The notes under the pieces were generated by a model. It did no database searches, was not told where the DNA came from, and worked only from the letters and a program-made list of their open reading frames with translations. Position numbers and translations under genes: made by a program. 64,000 bases of DNA, from contig CAXHJY010001342.1 of the NCBI GenBank assembly GCA_964016885.1, positions 124,001-188,000 on the forward strand. Direction: 5' to 3'. Origin of the DNA: Eledone cirrhosa (taxonomy: Eukaryota). This document shows, piece by piece, positions 1 through 14,024 of this stretch (the stretch's first letter is position 1; each line of letters opens with the position of its first letter).

Positions 1-128
1 TATTTACTCGTTGTTAACCCAACAATTTAAAGAAAACTTTGCATATATATATGTATATATATAGATTTATATATATATATATGTATTTATGTATATATGT
101 ATAATATATATATATGTATATATATATA

Positions 129-300
129 TTGTTATACTTTGGCAGGGTCATGTTGCCAATAAGAAACACACGCACCAGTTGCTTTCACTTCAATTTATTA
201 TAAATTAAATTTATAAATGACCCTTCCAAAGTATAACAATATCGGTTTCAACACACGTTTTCAGATAAAGAATCTTGCTAAACAAATTCAGAAACGAAAT
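129..300. mobile_element. Short fold-back PLE terminal fragment in (TA)n; same family as 62836-63522
   Basis: ttgttatactttggcagggtcat (129-152) is inverted at 217-240; sequence nearly identical to 62836-62930 and 63405-63522. Confidence 0.75.
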
Positions 301-337
301 ATATATATATATATATACATATCGATATACATTTTAA

Positions 338-426
338 GAGGGTCCGTCGAGCTGCCGATTATTGAGTCGGGTAGGATCGATACAGGTAGAACTTTGAGCT
401 GATCAGTGGCGAAACGCGCGTCACCT
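338..426 (+). ncRNA. Degenerate type-I hammerhead motif with long stem II
   Basis: agggt CCGTCGA gctgccgat...atcagtggc GAAA cgcgcg TC acct, then AATAAA; homologous to 21875-21960 (-). Confidence 0.45.
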
Positions 427-473
427 ATCAATAAATGCAATGAAGGAGTAATCAATCGTCCTTGTTATCCTTT

Positions 474-508
<35 letters not shown>

Positions 509-734
509 TCACCTCCTACACTATATATATATATAGTGTAGGAGGTGAGTTTTATTGTAGTACAATAAAGCAATGCAGATATCGGATAAGAAGCACTCTA
601 CAGTTTGTAGGACTGGAGTATACATAATATATAAGATCAAAAGATGGTTAAAAGAGTTCCATGTATTTTATTATGCGCATTCAAAACTGCACTATTCACA
701 AGTGTTTTTTAACCTTCTTTTTTAACTGTCTTCC

Positions 735-805
735 TATTTTATCTGATGAAAACACAAATATTATTGCATGATGATATTTGTTTTTGAAATGCGCATAATA
801 AAATA
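735..805 (+). ncRNA. Type-I hammerhead ribozyme (minimal palindromic stem III)
   Basis: tattttat CTGATGA [aaacacaaatatta..tgatatttgttttt] GAAA tgcgca TA ataaaata; 8-bp stem I; lies in fold-back 621-687/779-845. Confidence 0.85.
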
Positions 806-835
806 CATGGAACTTTTTTAACCATCTTTTGATCT

Positions 836-954
<119 letters not shown>

Positions 955-1451
955 GTGCGTGTGCGCATGCGTGTGTAGGTATTGATAGAGAAAAGGGACA
1001 AGTATATATAGGGATAAAGGCTTTATCGAGATGCAAAGAAGTTCGCTTTATAGCCATGAGTTCTCAGGTTCGACTTCAATACACAGCTTCTAAGGTCAAA
1101 TATCTTTACGACCATCTATTGTAAACCCAATTGTAAACCCAATCCTTATGAATAAAACTAGGGAGATGGAAAGTATGTAGAAGCTTGTTGGATGCAATTC
1201 AAAGGTCCAACGTTGTGACATGTTTTGTTTCATTCAGTTTGGAAAGTACCGGTCTTGGAAGTATACAGGTCGTACACCTGTCTGTTGAACTCTCAAGAAC
1301 CTATACTTTAATTCACGAACCAGGCATTCAGTTCTTCAAACAACTGAATGCCAATCGTCGAAATCGACGGAGAACCCAAAACACACACACAAACACACAA
1401 AGTATGCTTTTTTGGTGGACGGGCAGTGAATGACAGGATATTAGAAAACGT

Positions 1452-1492
<41 letters not shown>

Positions 1493-1493
<1 letters not shown>

Positions 1494-1689
1494 GTTATTC
1501 CGGGTTGAATCGGAGGTAACCACAGTAATTAAGGTACTCAATACATTGCAGAGTATAAAAGTTTTAATATAGATGAGATTCTACAGGACTAGAACTGTTG
1601 TATTCTTTAGAAATCATCAGAAATCTCATGATTCCTGATGATTTCTAAAGAATGAAACAGTTCTAGTCCTGTAGAATATCATCTATATT

Positions 1690-1692
<3 letters not shown>
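1493..1692. mobile_element. Fold-back PLE-type terminal fragment in (TA)n
   Basis: Inverted arms about 1562-1620 and 1635-1692; (TA)n on both sides. Confidence 0.75.
1628..1682 (+). ncRNA. Type-I hammerhead ribozyme
   Basis: atgattc CTGATGA tttctaaagaat GAAA cag-ttctagtc-ctg TA gaatatcat; the mirror copy on the minus strand has a mutated GAAA. Confidence 0.75.
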
Positions 1693-1729
<37 letters not shown>

Positions 1730-1859
1730 CAGTATAAGTGTGTGTAAGTGGGAATGTTTGTGAGTATGTATGCGGGTATGTGTGTGTGAGTGTATGTGCA
1801 TGGATTCCTTTATAGAAAATACACCTCAATTCATTAGTAGATCATGTTACCACGTTATT

Positions 1860-2300
1860 ATCACAATATTAGTAAAGTTTTACAATAGAATCTCTACACC
1901 ACTATCACATAATTATCACATTTCTATAGTCTTACTATAGCCTTACAACATCATTACTATACAAGCACAAGAACATTGCTATAGTCTTAGAACATTTCAA
2001 CACCAGAAAAACAACATTACTACATCATTACAACATCATAACTATAGCATTACGACAACATTGCTACAGCCTTGGAACATTTCAACAGCAGTAAAACTAT
2101 TAATACATCATTACAATATCATTACTATAGCATTACAACAACATTACTATAGCGTTACAGCAGCATTACAAAAATATAACATTACTACAGCATTACTTCA
2201 CTGTTTTCACAACACTGCTATTGCCTTACAGCAATATTACGAAAGCATTAAGACATTAGTTCTTCAACATTACTATAGCGTTACATCATTACTAGAGTAT
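1860..2300. repeat. Degenerate CATTA/CAACA-rich minisatellite
   Basis: Recurring acaacattactatagcatt-like units. Confidence 0.6.
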
Positions 2301-2567
2301 TAAAGAGACATTGGAAAGATTCAATGAAGCTGATAAATAAGATAAGTAATAGAAATCCGATGAGAAGAATAAGCGAGGTAGTGCATTTAGCAAGCAAATA
2401 ATTGCGAATTACGATGGTGATCAGCACTGTTGCACACAAATTCTTTAATGATACGATTGTGTAGTCTAAGGTCATTGTTTAATATATTATACTAACTTAG
2501 ACTTTATTCTATCCAAGCATTCATCGCATCCTTATCGCTACCAATTATAATTACATTCGTGAAGAGA

Positions 2568-2999
<432 letters not shown>

Positions 3000-3355
3000 C
3001 AGAGAGAGAATAGAAACGAAAAATCAGTGATGCATCTGAACTCAATGATTTCGGAGCATTTTCTCTGAGTGAGAGAATATGCTCCGAAATCATTTGACAT
3101 ATCCGTCGAACCTGCAGATCCACACAATGATCGCGTCTCGAGCTGTTCGCCGGGAAACAATTGTAACACAATAAATTGAGCTCAGATGCATCACTGATTT
3201 TTCGTTTTCTATTCTATCATACTCTGCTCTGTAAGAGCATAGAGTATACCGCCTATGGCATCTTATCTACCATCAGACACACACACATATATATATAGAT
3301 ACATATATATATATTTATAGATTACAATAATCAAAGTTCAGTTTAAATCATTTAT

Positions 3356-3404
3356 TTGCTTACAATTGTTTCCTCCAAACCGAGGTTTGGTTTCTTCGGA
3401 GCAA
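3356..3404 (-). ncRNA. Hammerhead ribozyme, CCGAAGA core variant
   Basis: Exact mirror of 4870-4918. Confidence 0.75.
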
Positions 3405-3550
3405 CTATTTAGTGATCTATAACATACTTGACCTCCTTTTCAACACAAGAGACATATAAAAACATATGCATATATTGACCCACAGTGGGTTGACATCCAT
3501 CATAATGATATAGCATGGCAATTTACATATAAAAGTTAAAGGATTAAAAT

Positions 3551-3769
3551 GAAAATAAAAATAAAAATAAAAATAAAAATAAAAATAAAAATAAAAATAA
3601 AAATAAAAATAAAAATAAAAATAAAAATAAAAATAAAAATAAAAATAAAAATAAAAATAAAAATAAAAATAAAAATAAAAATAAAAATAAAAATAAAAAT
3701 AAAAATAAAAATAAAAATAAAAATAAAAATAAAAATAAAAATAAAAATAAAAATAAAAATAAAAATAAA

Positions 3770-3800
<31 letters not shown>

Positions 3801-3956
3801 TAAAAATAAAAATAAAAATAAAAATAAAAATAAAAATAAAAATAAAAATAAAAATAAAAATAAAAATAAAAATAAAAATAAAAATAAAAATAAAAATAAA
3901 AATAAAAATAAAAATAAAAATAAAAATAAAAATAAAAATTAAAAATAAAAATAAAA
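3551..3956. repeat. (AAAAAT)n microsatellite, about 400 bp
   Basis: Direct reading. Confidence 0.95.
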
Positions 3957-4869
3957 CATTGGCAATTTATGAAGATAAAGCAAGAGGAAAGTTTAGAGTA
4001 GTCAGTGTATGAAACAATCTCACGTGTAGCATGCACGCGTGTCTTATTTATACAGGATTAGAATGCGGCAGATTGTTACTTGTAGAATCAGGCAGTTAAA
4101 GCAGGCAATCAATATTATCATGTGGGCCGTATTGTTAAATCATTTTTTCGCATACACCTGTCTGATATACAATCCCGAATGTAGAGAAACACCAAAATAT
4201 CAAAAATATCAAACATATCACAAAACATATTATAAAAGTAAGAAACAACAATATATGGTTTATAACTTGACTCTCCAGACACCCAATGCTGAATCATCGT
4301 GGATTGTGTGATAGACCTGTAGTCTATATATTGCATTTCATGGATTGTGTGAGTGGTGATGTGTGCGAAGACAGTGGTATTGTTCTGCCTATTTTATAAT
4401 ATGTTTTGTGATATGTTTGATATTTTTGATATTTTGGTGTTTCTCTACATTCGGGATTGTATATCATACAGGTGTATGCAAAAAAATCATTTAACAATAC
4501 GGCCCACATGATAATATTGATTGCCTGCTTTAACTGCCTGATTCTACAAGTAACAAGCTGCCGCACTCTAATTTTGTATAAATAAGACACGCATGCATGC
4601 TACACGTGAGATTGTTTCATACACTGACTACTCTAAACTTTCCTCTTGCTTTATCTTCATAAATTGCCAATGTTTTATTTTTATTTTTATTTTTATTTTT
4701 ATTTTTATTTTTATTTTTATTTTCATTTTAATCCTTTAACATTTATATGTAAATTGCCATGCTATATCATTACGATGGATGTCAACCCACTGTGGGTCAA
4801 TATATGCATATGTTTTTATATGTCTCTTGTGTTGAAAAGGAGGTCAGTATGTTATAGATCACTAAATAG

Positions 4870-4918
4870 TTGCTCCGAAGAAACCAAACCTCGGTTTGGA
4901 GGAAACAATTGTAAGCAA
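4870..4918 (+). ncRNA. Hammerhead ribozyme, CCGAAGA core variant
   Basis: ttgct CCGAAGA aa-ccaaacc-tc-ggtttgg-ag GAAA caattg TA agcaa, overlapping AATAAA. Confidence 0.75.
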
Positions 4919-5123
4919 ATAAATGATTTAAACTGAACTTTGATTATTGTAATCTCTATATAACTGCTCTGTAAAACAACTGATGTTATTACATTGAGCT
5001 ATTTATCTTACTGGTAATAAGATAGTAATGAATGACTATCTTTCACTATTTGGGGTTTGTATATGAAAAATATATAACCATAAAAGGTTTTATTATATAC
5101 ATAACCATAAATAGTATCCTTAA

Positions 5124-5224
<101 letters not shown>

Positions 5225-5272
5225 TATAGATAGGTAAATATACACGGGTGTGTATGATTGTGTATAGAAGAT

Positions 5273-5876
<604 letters not shown>

Positions 5877-7949
5877 CGTAAAATAATTATACTATATAAT
5901 TGATATTGGAATTTTCAAAATATTATAAGGCTCATTTAAATAGCAAACGGTAGTAGAAAGACTGTCTGGATTACCATAATCTACAAGAAAAATAATTATT
6001 CCTCAATGGAACAAGACAAATTGTTGCTATTGGTCCTCCATCGTTTTCGACAACGAGTGCTCCAGTTGACTCAATCAACAGAGCTGCCCGCTTGTGAAAT
6101 TATCGTATAGAACTTATTTCTGGCAGCTACATGGACTGGGGCTACGTCAAATAAAATGTTTTGCTGAAAGACACAACGCACTACCAGGTCCTGGAATCAA
6201 ACTTAGATCTTACGATCGCGCGCCGGACACCCTAACTATTAAACCAGAATTACAGTAAAAGCTAATAAAAAAAAGCATATTCTTCATACTATGTTGGCAT
6301 TGTAACCCCAAGTCAAAGAAAAACTAAACAAAGCATAATGCTTTATAGACAACTATCTGCAGTGGCTCCGTAACAAAGATGTTCATAAGCAAGAATTTAG
6401 GCATTAAATATACTTCATATAGTATTGGCTATTTTGTAACGATTAAAAAAAAAAAATTAAACTAATGGACGATGGCTGTTCACTATTGCATTGTCCATGG
6501 AAATGAACATCTAATATATTTAATGTAGAGACTAAGTACTAGCATAGATGTACACAAATCAAAAGAAATTCTATCGTATGTATCAGAGGAAATAGAATGT
6601 GTTTAAATCTTAACCGAATAGGGAGATAGCTCAAAAGAGTATATGAAGCTAAATTTTAAGAAAAATAATTAACTTCCATAAAACTATTATTCATGCCAGA
6701 AAGCCAATACAATGGAATTGAGAATAACGATGAACTTCGTATGACTAATGATATCACACCTAATAAATATCTAATGAAACCTTAGCAAATTCTGTGATAA
6801 GATAAGAGGAGATAATAGCAAGGCAATTTTAGCTACATTGAAAAGATAACACGGAAAGAATTTATGCGAAATCGTAAATATGATTAATGTACTGAATGGG
6901 GAGCAGTCTGTATAGATAAAAATGTAGACAATATTAAACTGTGGTGCATTATATTCATTACAAAATTATTTAAGACCATACCGGCAAAATAGGACGAGGG
7001 AGAACTGGAGGAACGAGAGGCCATCAATCTCCAAACCACGTCTTTTTTGAAATAAAGAAAATCAATGTTCAATGAATGCCTTTTACTTTAAAGTATTTCT
7101 TCACAGGTTTCACTTCTTCCACTTTAATTCAACATAACTTTCTCCTTGTTTCCACCATGATGTATGCATTGATTCTGTAACTTTCCTCACCAAATCTAGA
7201 TTCCCTTTCAGTCATCCTGTAGACCATATTCCAGGGACCTTAACACCACACCTCTCTCTTACGCCCCACACTCTCCCTACTTTCATATTCTTACTTTCCG
7301 TCGCCCCACTTCCCCTATTCACTTCAATTTCTTCAATTTGTTGCACACAATCCAAACGCAATAAAACTTATTCAGCCAATAAATAAAGGCTATGAAGTTT
7401 AGATACCGTCTAGCGGTAATTAAATGCACGAAACACTTATGAGATTTCTTCTAGCTTCAAGTAGGTTCTGCAAGATAGAATCTTCTATCACTGGAAGCGA
7501 CACAAGTATTGCGGTTCTAAAGGTTTTGTACATATTGGAAAAAGTACCTATAATAATATATGGCGAGGCGATGATTTGGAGTAGTTGTTAGAACATCGGA
7601 TAGAATGCTTAGCGTTATTGGTTCCGGCTTTCTGTTCTCTGAATTCAAAGTCCGCCAACGCCAACTTTGCTTTTCATAAATTCAAGGTTGATAAATAAAG
7701 TACGATTCAAATACTGGCGATGATTTATTCAAATTTTCCTTCCCCCAAATTTGGTGGTCTCGTGGTTAAATTAGAAACCAATATTTACCTGTCTTTCTCA
7801 CACAATAAAATGTATTAAATATATCTGATATGTAAAAACAAAATATTCTAGACGCTATTGATATGCTGGGTTCTAATCATTAATAATTAGAAAGATGAAC
7901 GTAATACGAGAGATAAAATTAGAAAATTAATAGAATCCATGTTTATATT

Positions 7950-8330
7950 GTAATTGTATTTCGGATGGTCAATAGGGCCCCGAATCAGATGTTATGTGGA
8001 TTAAAACTGAAAATTATTAATCTTGGTTTTTGTACGAGGAATAATTTGTATTTAATAAAACCGATTATTTACGAAATCACTGGCCCTCTATAATATCTGA
8101 TGAGAAGAGTTACAATAATCGATGAAATCAGGTGATTAGTCATAGGCGAATAAAGAGAAGGTATTATTTCAGCAAGACAATGCATCATGCCATAGGTCAA
8201 TGAAAACAAATTGATACTTTGTGAAAGTTAAAATTAGCTTAATGAAATTGATTCATCATATACCGGATTAAAAATCCCATTGTAAATATTGGTAGTCTTT
8301 TATAAAAGGCCTGATTATTTGAATGAACAA
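7950..8330 (+). pseudogene. Tc1-like DDE transposase remnant
   Basis: FQQDNASCHRS at 8167-8199 and frameshifted PD(L)NPI(V)NIW at about 8263-8292. Confidence 0.65.
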
Positions 8331-8758
8331 GAGCCAGCAGTGAAGAAACATCGATAAGTGAAAAGAGTTTATTACATATGAATTAACCTATTTTGAAAAT
8401 CAATTCGTCAACATCATTCATATAAACCAGTGGCAAAAATCACAGGACAAAGTAAATCAGATTAATTATTGATTTCTCTATAGCTGAAATATAATAATTA
8501 TTTTCCTAATCTCTCTCATTCTCTCCCGATAATATATATATATACATGAACCTGCGAATGTGTATTCAAAAGAAAATGGAAACCAACACATCGCGTGAAG
8601 TTTATTATATTTGTAGTAGGGCTGTTAGTTTCTTAAATGGGCTTTGCTGGAAATTTGAAACGCACAAATCTATTGTTTAATTAATCAATTGATCAGCTGA
8701 TCCGGGAACAATACTTGAGACATTCAAAGGGCTAACTACTCTGCGAATGCCATTATTT

Positions 8759-8944
8759 GTGGATTGGCAGTATCAGTAGAGGGTCGGACGCCATGCTTTC
8801 CAGCATAGTTACGTCCCTTTACGATCTGCGTTCAAATCCCGCCGAGGTTGACTTTGCCTTTCATCCTTACGGGGTCGATAAAATAAAGTATCAGTAATGC
8901 ACTGGGTAATTGCTGGCCTTGTGCCTAAAGTAGAAACAATTATT
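8759..8944 (+). mobile_element. tRNA-derived SINE (dominant family, more than 20 copies in window)
   Basis: tggcagtatcagtagag A-box, gttcaaatcc B-box, conserved gcctttcatccttacggggtcgataaaataaagtaccag domain. Other copies near 7563, 28130, 29445, 32222, 35443, 44143, 49255, 50490, 58195-58760. Confidence 0.85.
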
Positions 8945-9185
8945 TGTTCTATAGATTTCCTTACATCTCACCCGATTTCCATAGAGTCTTACGCCAGCTG
9001 TTTGCAACAATTTATAACACCTGACTCGATTTGACAAATGGATTCCAGGTCTACTGACATCTAGTAGTATTTCGCTTTCTTGACGAAGTCTAATGGCTGC
9101 TAGAGTCACCAACTAGTAAATATTCAATATATTCAATATATATGAGATTATATGAGATATATATGCATATATATATATATATATA

Positions 9186-9252
<67 letters not shown>

Positions 9253-9264
9253 AAGTTAAATAAA

Positions 9265-9578
9265 ATGATTCCAGTTCCTCAGTGAAATAACAACCCAACC
9301 AGGAACTGGGCATATTAGAGTATTGACAATATTATACACCTCAACAACATATGTACTTGTCTATACCATACTAATTCAAACTGCCTGAAGAGGTCACAGC
9401 CAAAGATGGCTGTCACTGAAATATATATAGCAGTAATAAACGAAGCTTAATTTTAATCATTTGACTTTTTATTTAACTTTATTTTACACTACTCCGGAGT
9501 AACCAAACCAACCTGCGCACTTCGTCGAGTGTTGCAGCCTGCATACTGAGGTGTTGGTATACAACCAACATAAACTCA
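9265..9578 (+). mobile_element. HHR-bearing PLE terminal-repeat fragment in (TA)n; near-identical to 37096-37410
   Basis: About 310 bp shared with few differences; 3' end runs into (TA)n. Confidence 0.8.
9380..9434 (+). ncRNA. Type-I hammerhead ribozyme
   Basis: actgc CTGAAGA ggtcacagcca-aaga-tggctgtcact GAAA tatata TA gcagt AATAAA. Confidence 0.85.
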
Positions 9579-9841
9579 ATATATATATATATATATAGTT
9601 TTGCGAGGTTTTTGATATGAAATCGTGTGTCGAAACAAATATTGTTATACTTGGGGAGCGTCATATTTGTGTAATAATATTGCCAGAATTAATAACAGAG
9701 CACACTCACTCTTTGGTTGGTTTTCGCTTCTGTGTCTTTTATATCGGTTAATTTAATTTATTCGGTCCTCAATGTTACCATTGACTGACTAACGGTAAAA
9801 AATACAGATACGATATAGACACAAACACATATATATAGTCT

Positions 9842-9883
9842 AACAAAGTTCTTTCGTTGCACATCTGCAACATCGTCAGTGGT
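9842..9883 (-). ncRNA. Hammerhead motif in PLE 3' UTR
   Basis: CTGACGA t-gttgca-gatg-tgcaac GAAA gaac TT; stem I partly decayed. Confidence 0.65.
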
Positions 9884-10161
9884 GCTATTATGTTTCTTCC
9901 TGTTGTATTGTATGCCAACGCCATCTTTATTTAGTCTGTTTATTTATTTTTTTTTGTCTTCTCTGCGCATGCGTTTGCGTGTGTGTATAGTGTTTGATGT
10001 GTGTTCGTGTTTGGGTGACTGTGTATTGGTTATTGTATTATATCTTAGTTTACTAGTGTGTGTTTATATGTGTTTGTTGTTATTGTGCTCGTGTATGTAT
10101 TTATTTATTTATTTATACTTCTCTTAGGTCAGTATTGTTTGTTTGGGTGTTGTTATTCCAT

Positions 10162-11955
10162 TCATTTTTTTCTGTTTAGCCTTGGCCTTCTAAGTTCTAT
10201 TTCGCTGGCCTCTCTGATTTGCCTATCTGCTGGGTCATTTCTATGTTTAGATATTATTCCAATTTCTATGTTGTCTATGTTACTGTTGTGTTGTTGTCTA
10301 GCATGTTCGTATAGTACTGAACCGTTTTTTCGTCCTTTTAGTTCTCCCCAGTGTTGGTCTATCCTTTCACCTATGCTACGAGCTGTCTCGCCTATGTATC
10401 TTGTTGTCATGTTTCTGCAAGTACCCTCTGTACATCTTATGCTATAGACTACGTTTCTAGTTTTACAGTTTATCCGGGGGTTCACCTTACATATGATACA
10501 TTTCCTATTGGTACAGTGGGTTTTCTTAAAAGGGTAGGTTTTGTTGATCAGGGATTTTATGGTGGTTCCTGGCTTTTCTACCACCTTTATTTTTAAGTGG
10601 GTCTTTCTCAGGGCCTTTCTACACTGGTTAGCTAATTTCCCTCCAGGGGTAGCGTCCACAAACATGACACTCTGGTATCTCTGGTTGTCGTACCATGAGG
10701 TGGCTTTCCCTATCTTATGTCTAGCCCTATCTAAGCTATTCCATGATTTGCTCCTGTATAATGGGCAAATTCCTTTCATGTCCAGTTCTATGAGGGTCTA
10801 ATACTTCTCAGTGGCTCCTTCGTATACTCTGATTCTGTCTCTTTGGTTGTAGCCAGAGAACTGCATGCGGTTGATGAAGTGTTGGATGTGTCTTTCCATT
10901 TCTGTTGGGTCACAGATGCGGGACACGTTCTTAATCACTCGTACCAAGTCTGCGATCAGAATATTAAACTTAGCAATACTGGACATTGCTGAGTTTTGAG
11001 TATCAGGTATTTGGAGGCTATGGGTTTAGCGTAGTGTGAGTGGAGAATTTGGGCTCTCTCGTCTATAGTGTTAATCCAGAATTCCGTCTCTAATACAGGT
11101 AGTCTATTGTTAGGGTGTTTGGAAGGGTAGTCGATAGTTACAGTTATACTCTGGTGTATGGAATTAGCTATCTGCTGGATGCTTTCCATTGTGCTACGTT
11201 CTAATCAAACTTGTTAGTACTCTCTTGTGGGGATGTCCTTATTACTATATTGATGTCGTCTACGTAACGAGAGTACATGAGGTCTATGGAGCTCTCATCA
11301 AGGAGATCTTTTATTTTCCTTTCCCACCATAAAAATGTTGGCAACTTCACCAGCTATGCTGACGCCAATGGCTGCTCCCTCATTTTGGGTGTAGATCTTC
11401 TCGTTGAATTTGAATATGTGGCCCTTTAGGTTAGTTTTGATACTAGCCCCTATTGCATGTGCGCCCATTTTTCTTACCTGATCATTGTTTTGGGGGGTCC
11501 GTATAGCTTTGGTCCACCCAATCCACCTTCCCATGGGAGTCTTTTTTGCCATTGAGGTTTTGGTGGTGGGGGGCGGGGTCTACCTCTTATGGGTCTACTG
11601 GGGCAGAAACGCCTAAGGTCATGGCTGTCTAGGTAGTCAGTGTCATAGGTAAGTCTAAGTAGGAGGCCCAGTTCGTATGTGTCGACGTCGCAGAACTCCA
11701 CCTCACTCTCAATGATCATCTCCACACATTTTTCCACAGCAAAATCAATGTTAGTGGATAGGTATAGTGACACCACATCCATGCTGCCTATTATGCAGTT
11801 GGATAGGCTCCTGTTTTTGTTGCACTCACTGATTCCGCTGAGGAGGACCTCTGTACTGTCACATACATCTGGGGACATCTTGATTATTGGGCGTATAACC
11901 ATTGAGAGGAAGTAGGAGATCCTGTAGTTGCTAGCTATATTTGCTCCGCATACAG
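10162..11955 (-). pseudogene. Frameshifted PLE reverse transcriptase + GIY-YIG endonuclease
   Basis: GSMDVVSLY, QNEGAAIGVSIAGEVANIFM, YSRYVDD (about 11255-11275), RLPVLE, NVVYSIRC..RYIGETARSIGERIDQH. Confidence 0.9.
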
Positions 11956-11986
11956 ATCTTGTTATTATTTCTGGCAATATTATTAC

Positions 11987-12051
<65 letters not shown>

Positions 12052-14024
12052 TGCATATACATATATATATGTATATATATATATATAGTATTAGTTATAC
12101 TATTTATGGTTATGTAAATACAAAACCTTAAGCAGTTGTAAGTATTTTACACACACCCTAAATAGTGGTAGGCAGTAATGTATTACTACCTTATTACCAG
12201 TAAGTTAAGTAGCTCAATGTAAAAACATCAGATGATTTACAGAGCAGTTATATGAAATATAAGAATCAAAGAACTGTTCAAAACATTATTGTGCTTACAG
12301 CTGTTTCCTCCAAACCGAGGTTTGGTTTCTTCGGAGCAATTTATTAATGCATGGACAGTTATATGACCTCCTTTTCAGCCGAGAGACATACCAATACATA
12401 TTCAAACATTGATACATATTCAAACATTGTGGGTCAACATTCATTACAGAATTTAGAGTGGCAGTACACACTTCGAGATTACATTTATATAAATAGGTAC
12501 AATCAAAAATCAAAGATATAGGTTAAAGTACAACATGAAGATAAGCGGTTATATAGTGCAAATGTTATATGTGTGGCACGCATGTGCGTCTTGTTTATAT
12601 AGTGTGGCAGAGAGATATGTGTGGTAGAGGCACTTAGGTAGGTAAATAAGAGTGTTAGGTTGGTAGATCTGGTGGCAAATTCTTTATATGATTGATATAG
12701 TCTGTGTGTGGAGAAATATTATAAGCATTAAAGATAGTGCACGCATTAAAAGTGTTATAAGTAATAGAGCTGCACAGCGCAGGGATGTCAAGTATTTCAT
12801 GTACTTCGGCATTTTCATGGTCAGGGGGTATATTTTTCGATTATATGCCCTTCACATAATCCACGACAATCCAGTTAGAGATCGTAGTCCGGTGTTCTTT
12901 AGTTCGAATCAGGAGGTTGTTACGTTTCTAGAAACGCCATTGAATATCGCCCGGAAGTGTGTGTGTGGCTAAGGGGAGTTAATGCATGCGGGGAGGTAAC
13001 TCTGGGGTTTCTGTATCTAGCCATTAAAATGTGTCCCAATATAGACCCTAAATTCTATGGTGATGCGCATCTTCCAAGAGAGATTTTTAAAGCATAAAGT
13101 GTATTAACTATAGAGTAGTTTAATTAAGTTATGCTGAAGGTGATCATATTATTATGGTGGATTAACCCATCTTAAGGTGCCACAAATGGAAATTATAGAT
13201 GATGAGCGAGGATTCTAAATTAATGATCTCTGTGGTTGTAGTCTGCTCATATGACCGGGCGCGGTGATTGCAGGCTTGCTTCAGGACCCAATGATCTCTG
13301 GTAAGATCTGGGTCATCGCTTGCTACATTTGATGTCGAAAGATAATTATGCCCAGGCCGGCCAAAGGTCAATCCGCAGTCCTCGCGACCCCTCTCTGACC
13401 GTCAGATCATCCATATACGTACAACCCGCACGGCAGTTGGAATGCATTCACCCACTGCGCTCAGCAGTCCGGTCCTACTGGTCAACAGCGCTACTCGATT
13501 AAATCATTTTACATCCGTCTAAAGAAGGTGTTTCCTCTGCACAACACTATCCAACCGATCAATTCATGCTCAAATTACCCTTAGAGCGGTGTAGTGCCGT
13601 TCAAGTGGGTGGATGTTGTCACACCTGCCGCTGAGGTATAAATGGGTATTCTCCCTGCGAAGGGTTCCAGAGGGATGTCATTGTTTGTGTTATAATGGAT
13701 CAGTTAGTGTTGGGTAAGTAGTATAAGGTGTGTCTCTGGTGTTTGATGCTAGATGTGGTGTTAGGTTCCAGTCCGACATTGCTATATATTGGGCTTAAAG
13801 TTTTGGAAGGAATGTCTGAGGCGGTGCTGGCAAGTTGCAAACACCTCAGATTTTTTGTTAAGTAGGTTACGGTTGGAGAAGATAATATTGTGAGTCTCTA
13901 GTATACAGAGGTTACAGAATTTATTAGGTGGTTTGTACGAGGTCGCGCTTCCTATCACTTCCCATTTGAGTGTGTATGGTTTATTTTTAGATTTTAGATA
14001 GTGTATGTAGCTAGAAAGTCAACC

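Larger units (their letters stand above)
9598..11992 (-). mobile_element. Penelope-like element, lineage 2, 5'-truncated with short inverted terminal piece
   Basis: RT/EN remnants plus 3' UTR with HHR; 11958-11992 is an inverted copy of 9666-9697; (TA)n on both sides. Confidence 0.85.

Noticed and set aside
8759-8944. tRNA genes
   Set aside because: A/B boxes belong to SINE heads; no intact cloverleaf seen
14001-14024. N-terminal extension of the 440-aa ORF
   Set aside because: It lies in the inverted segment; the likely start is ATG 14025
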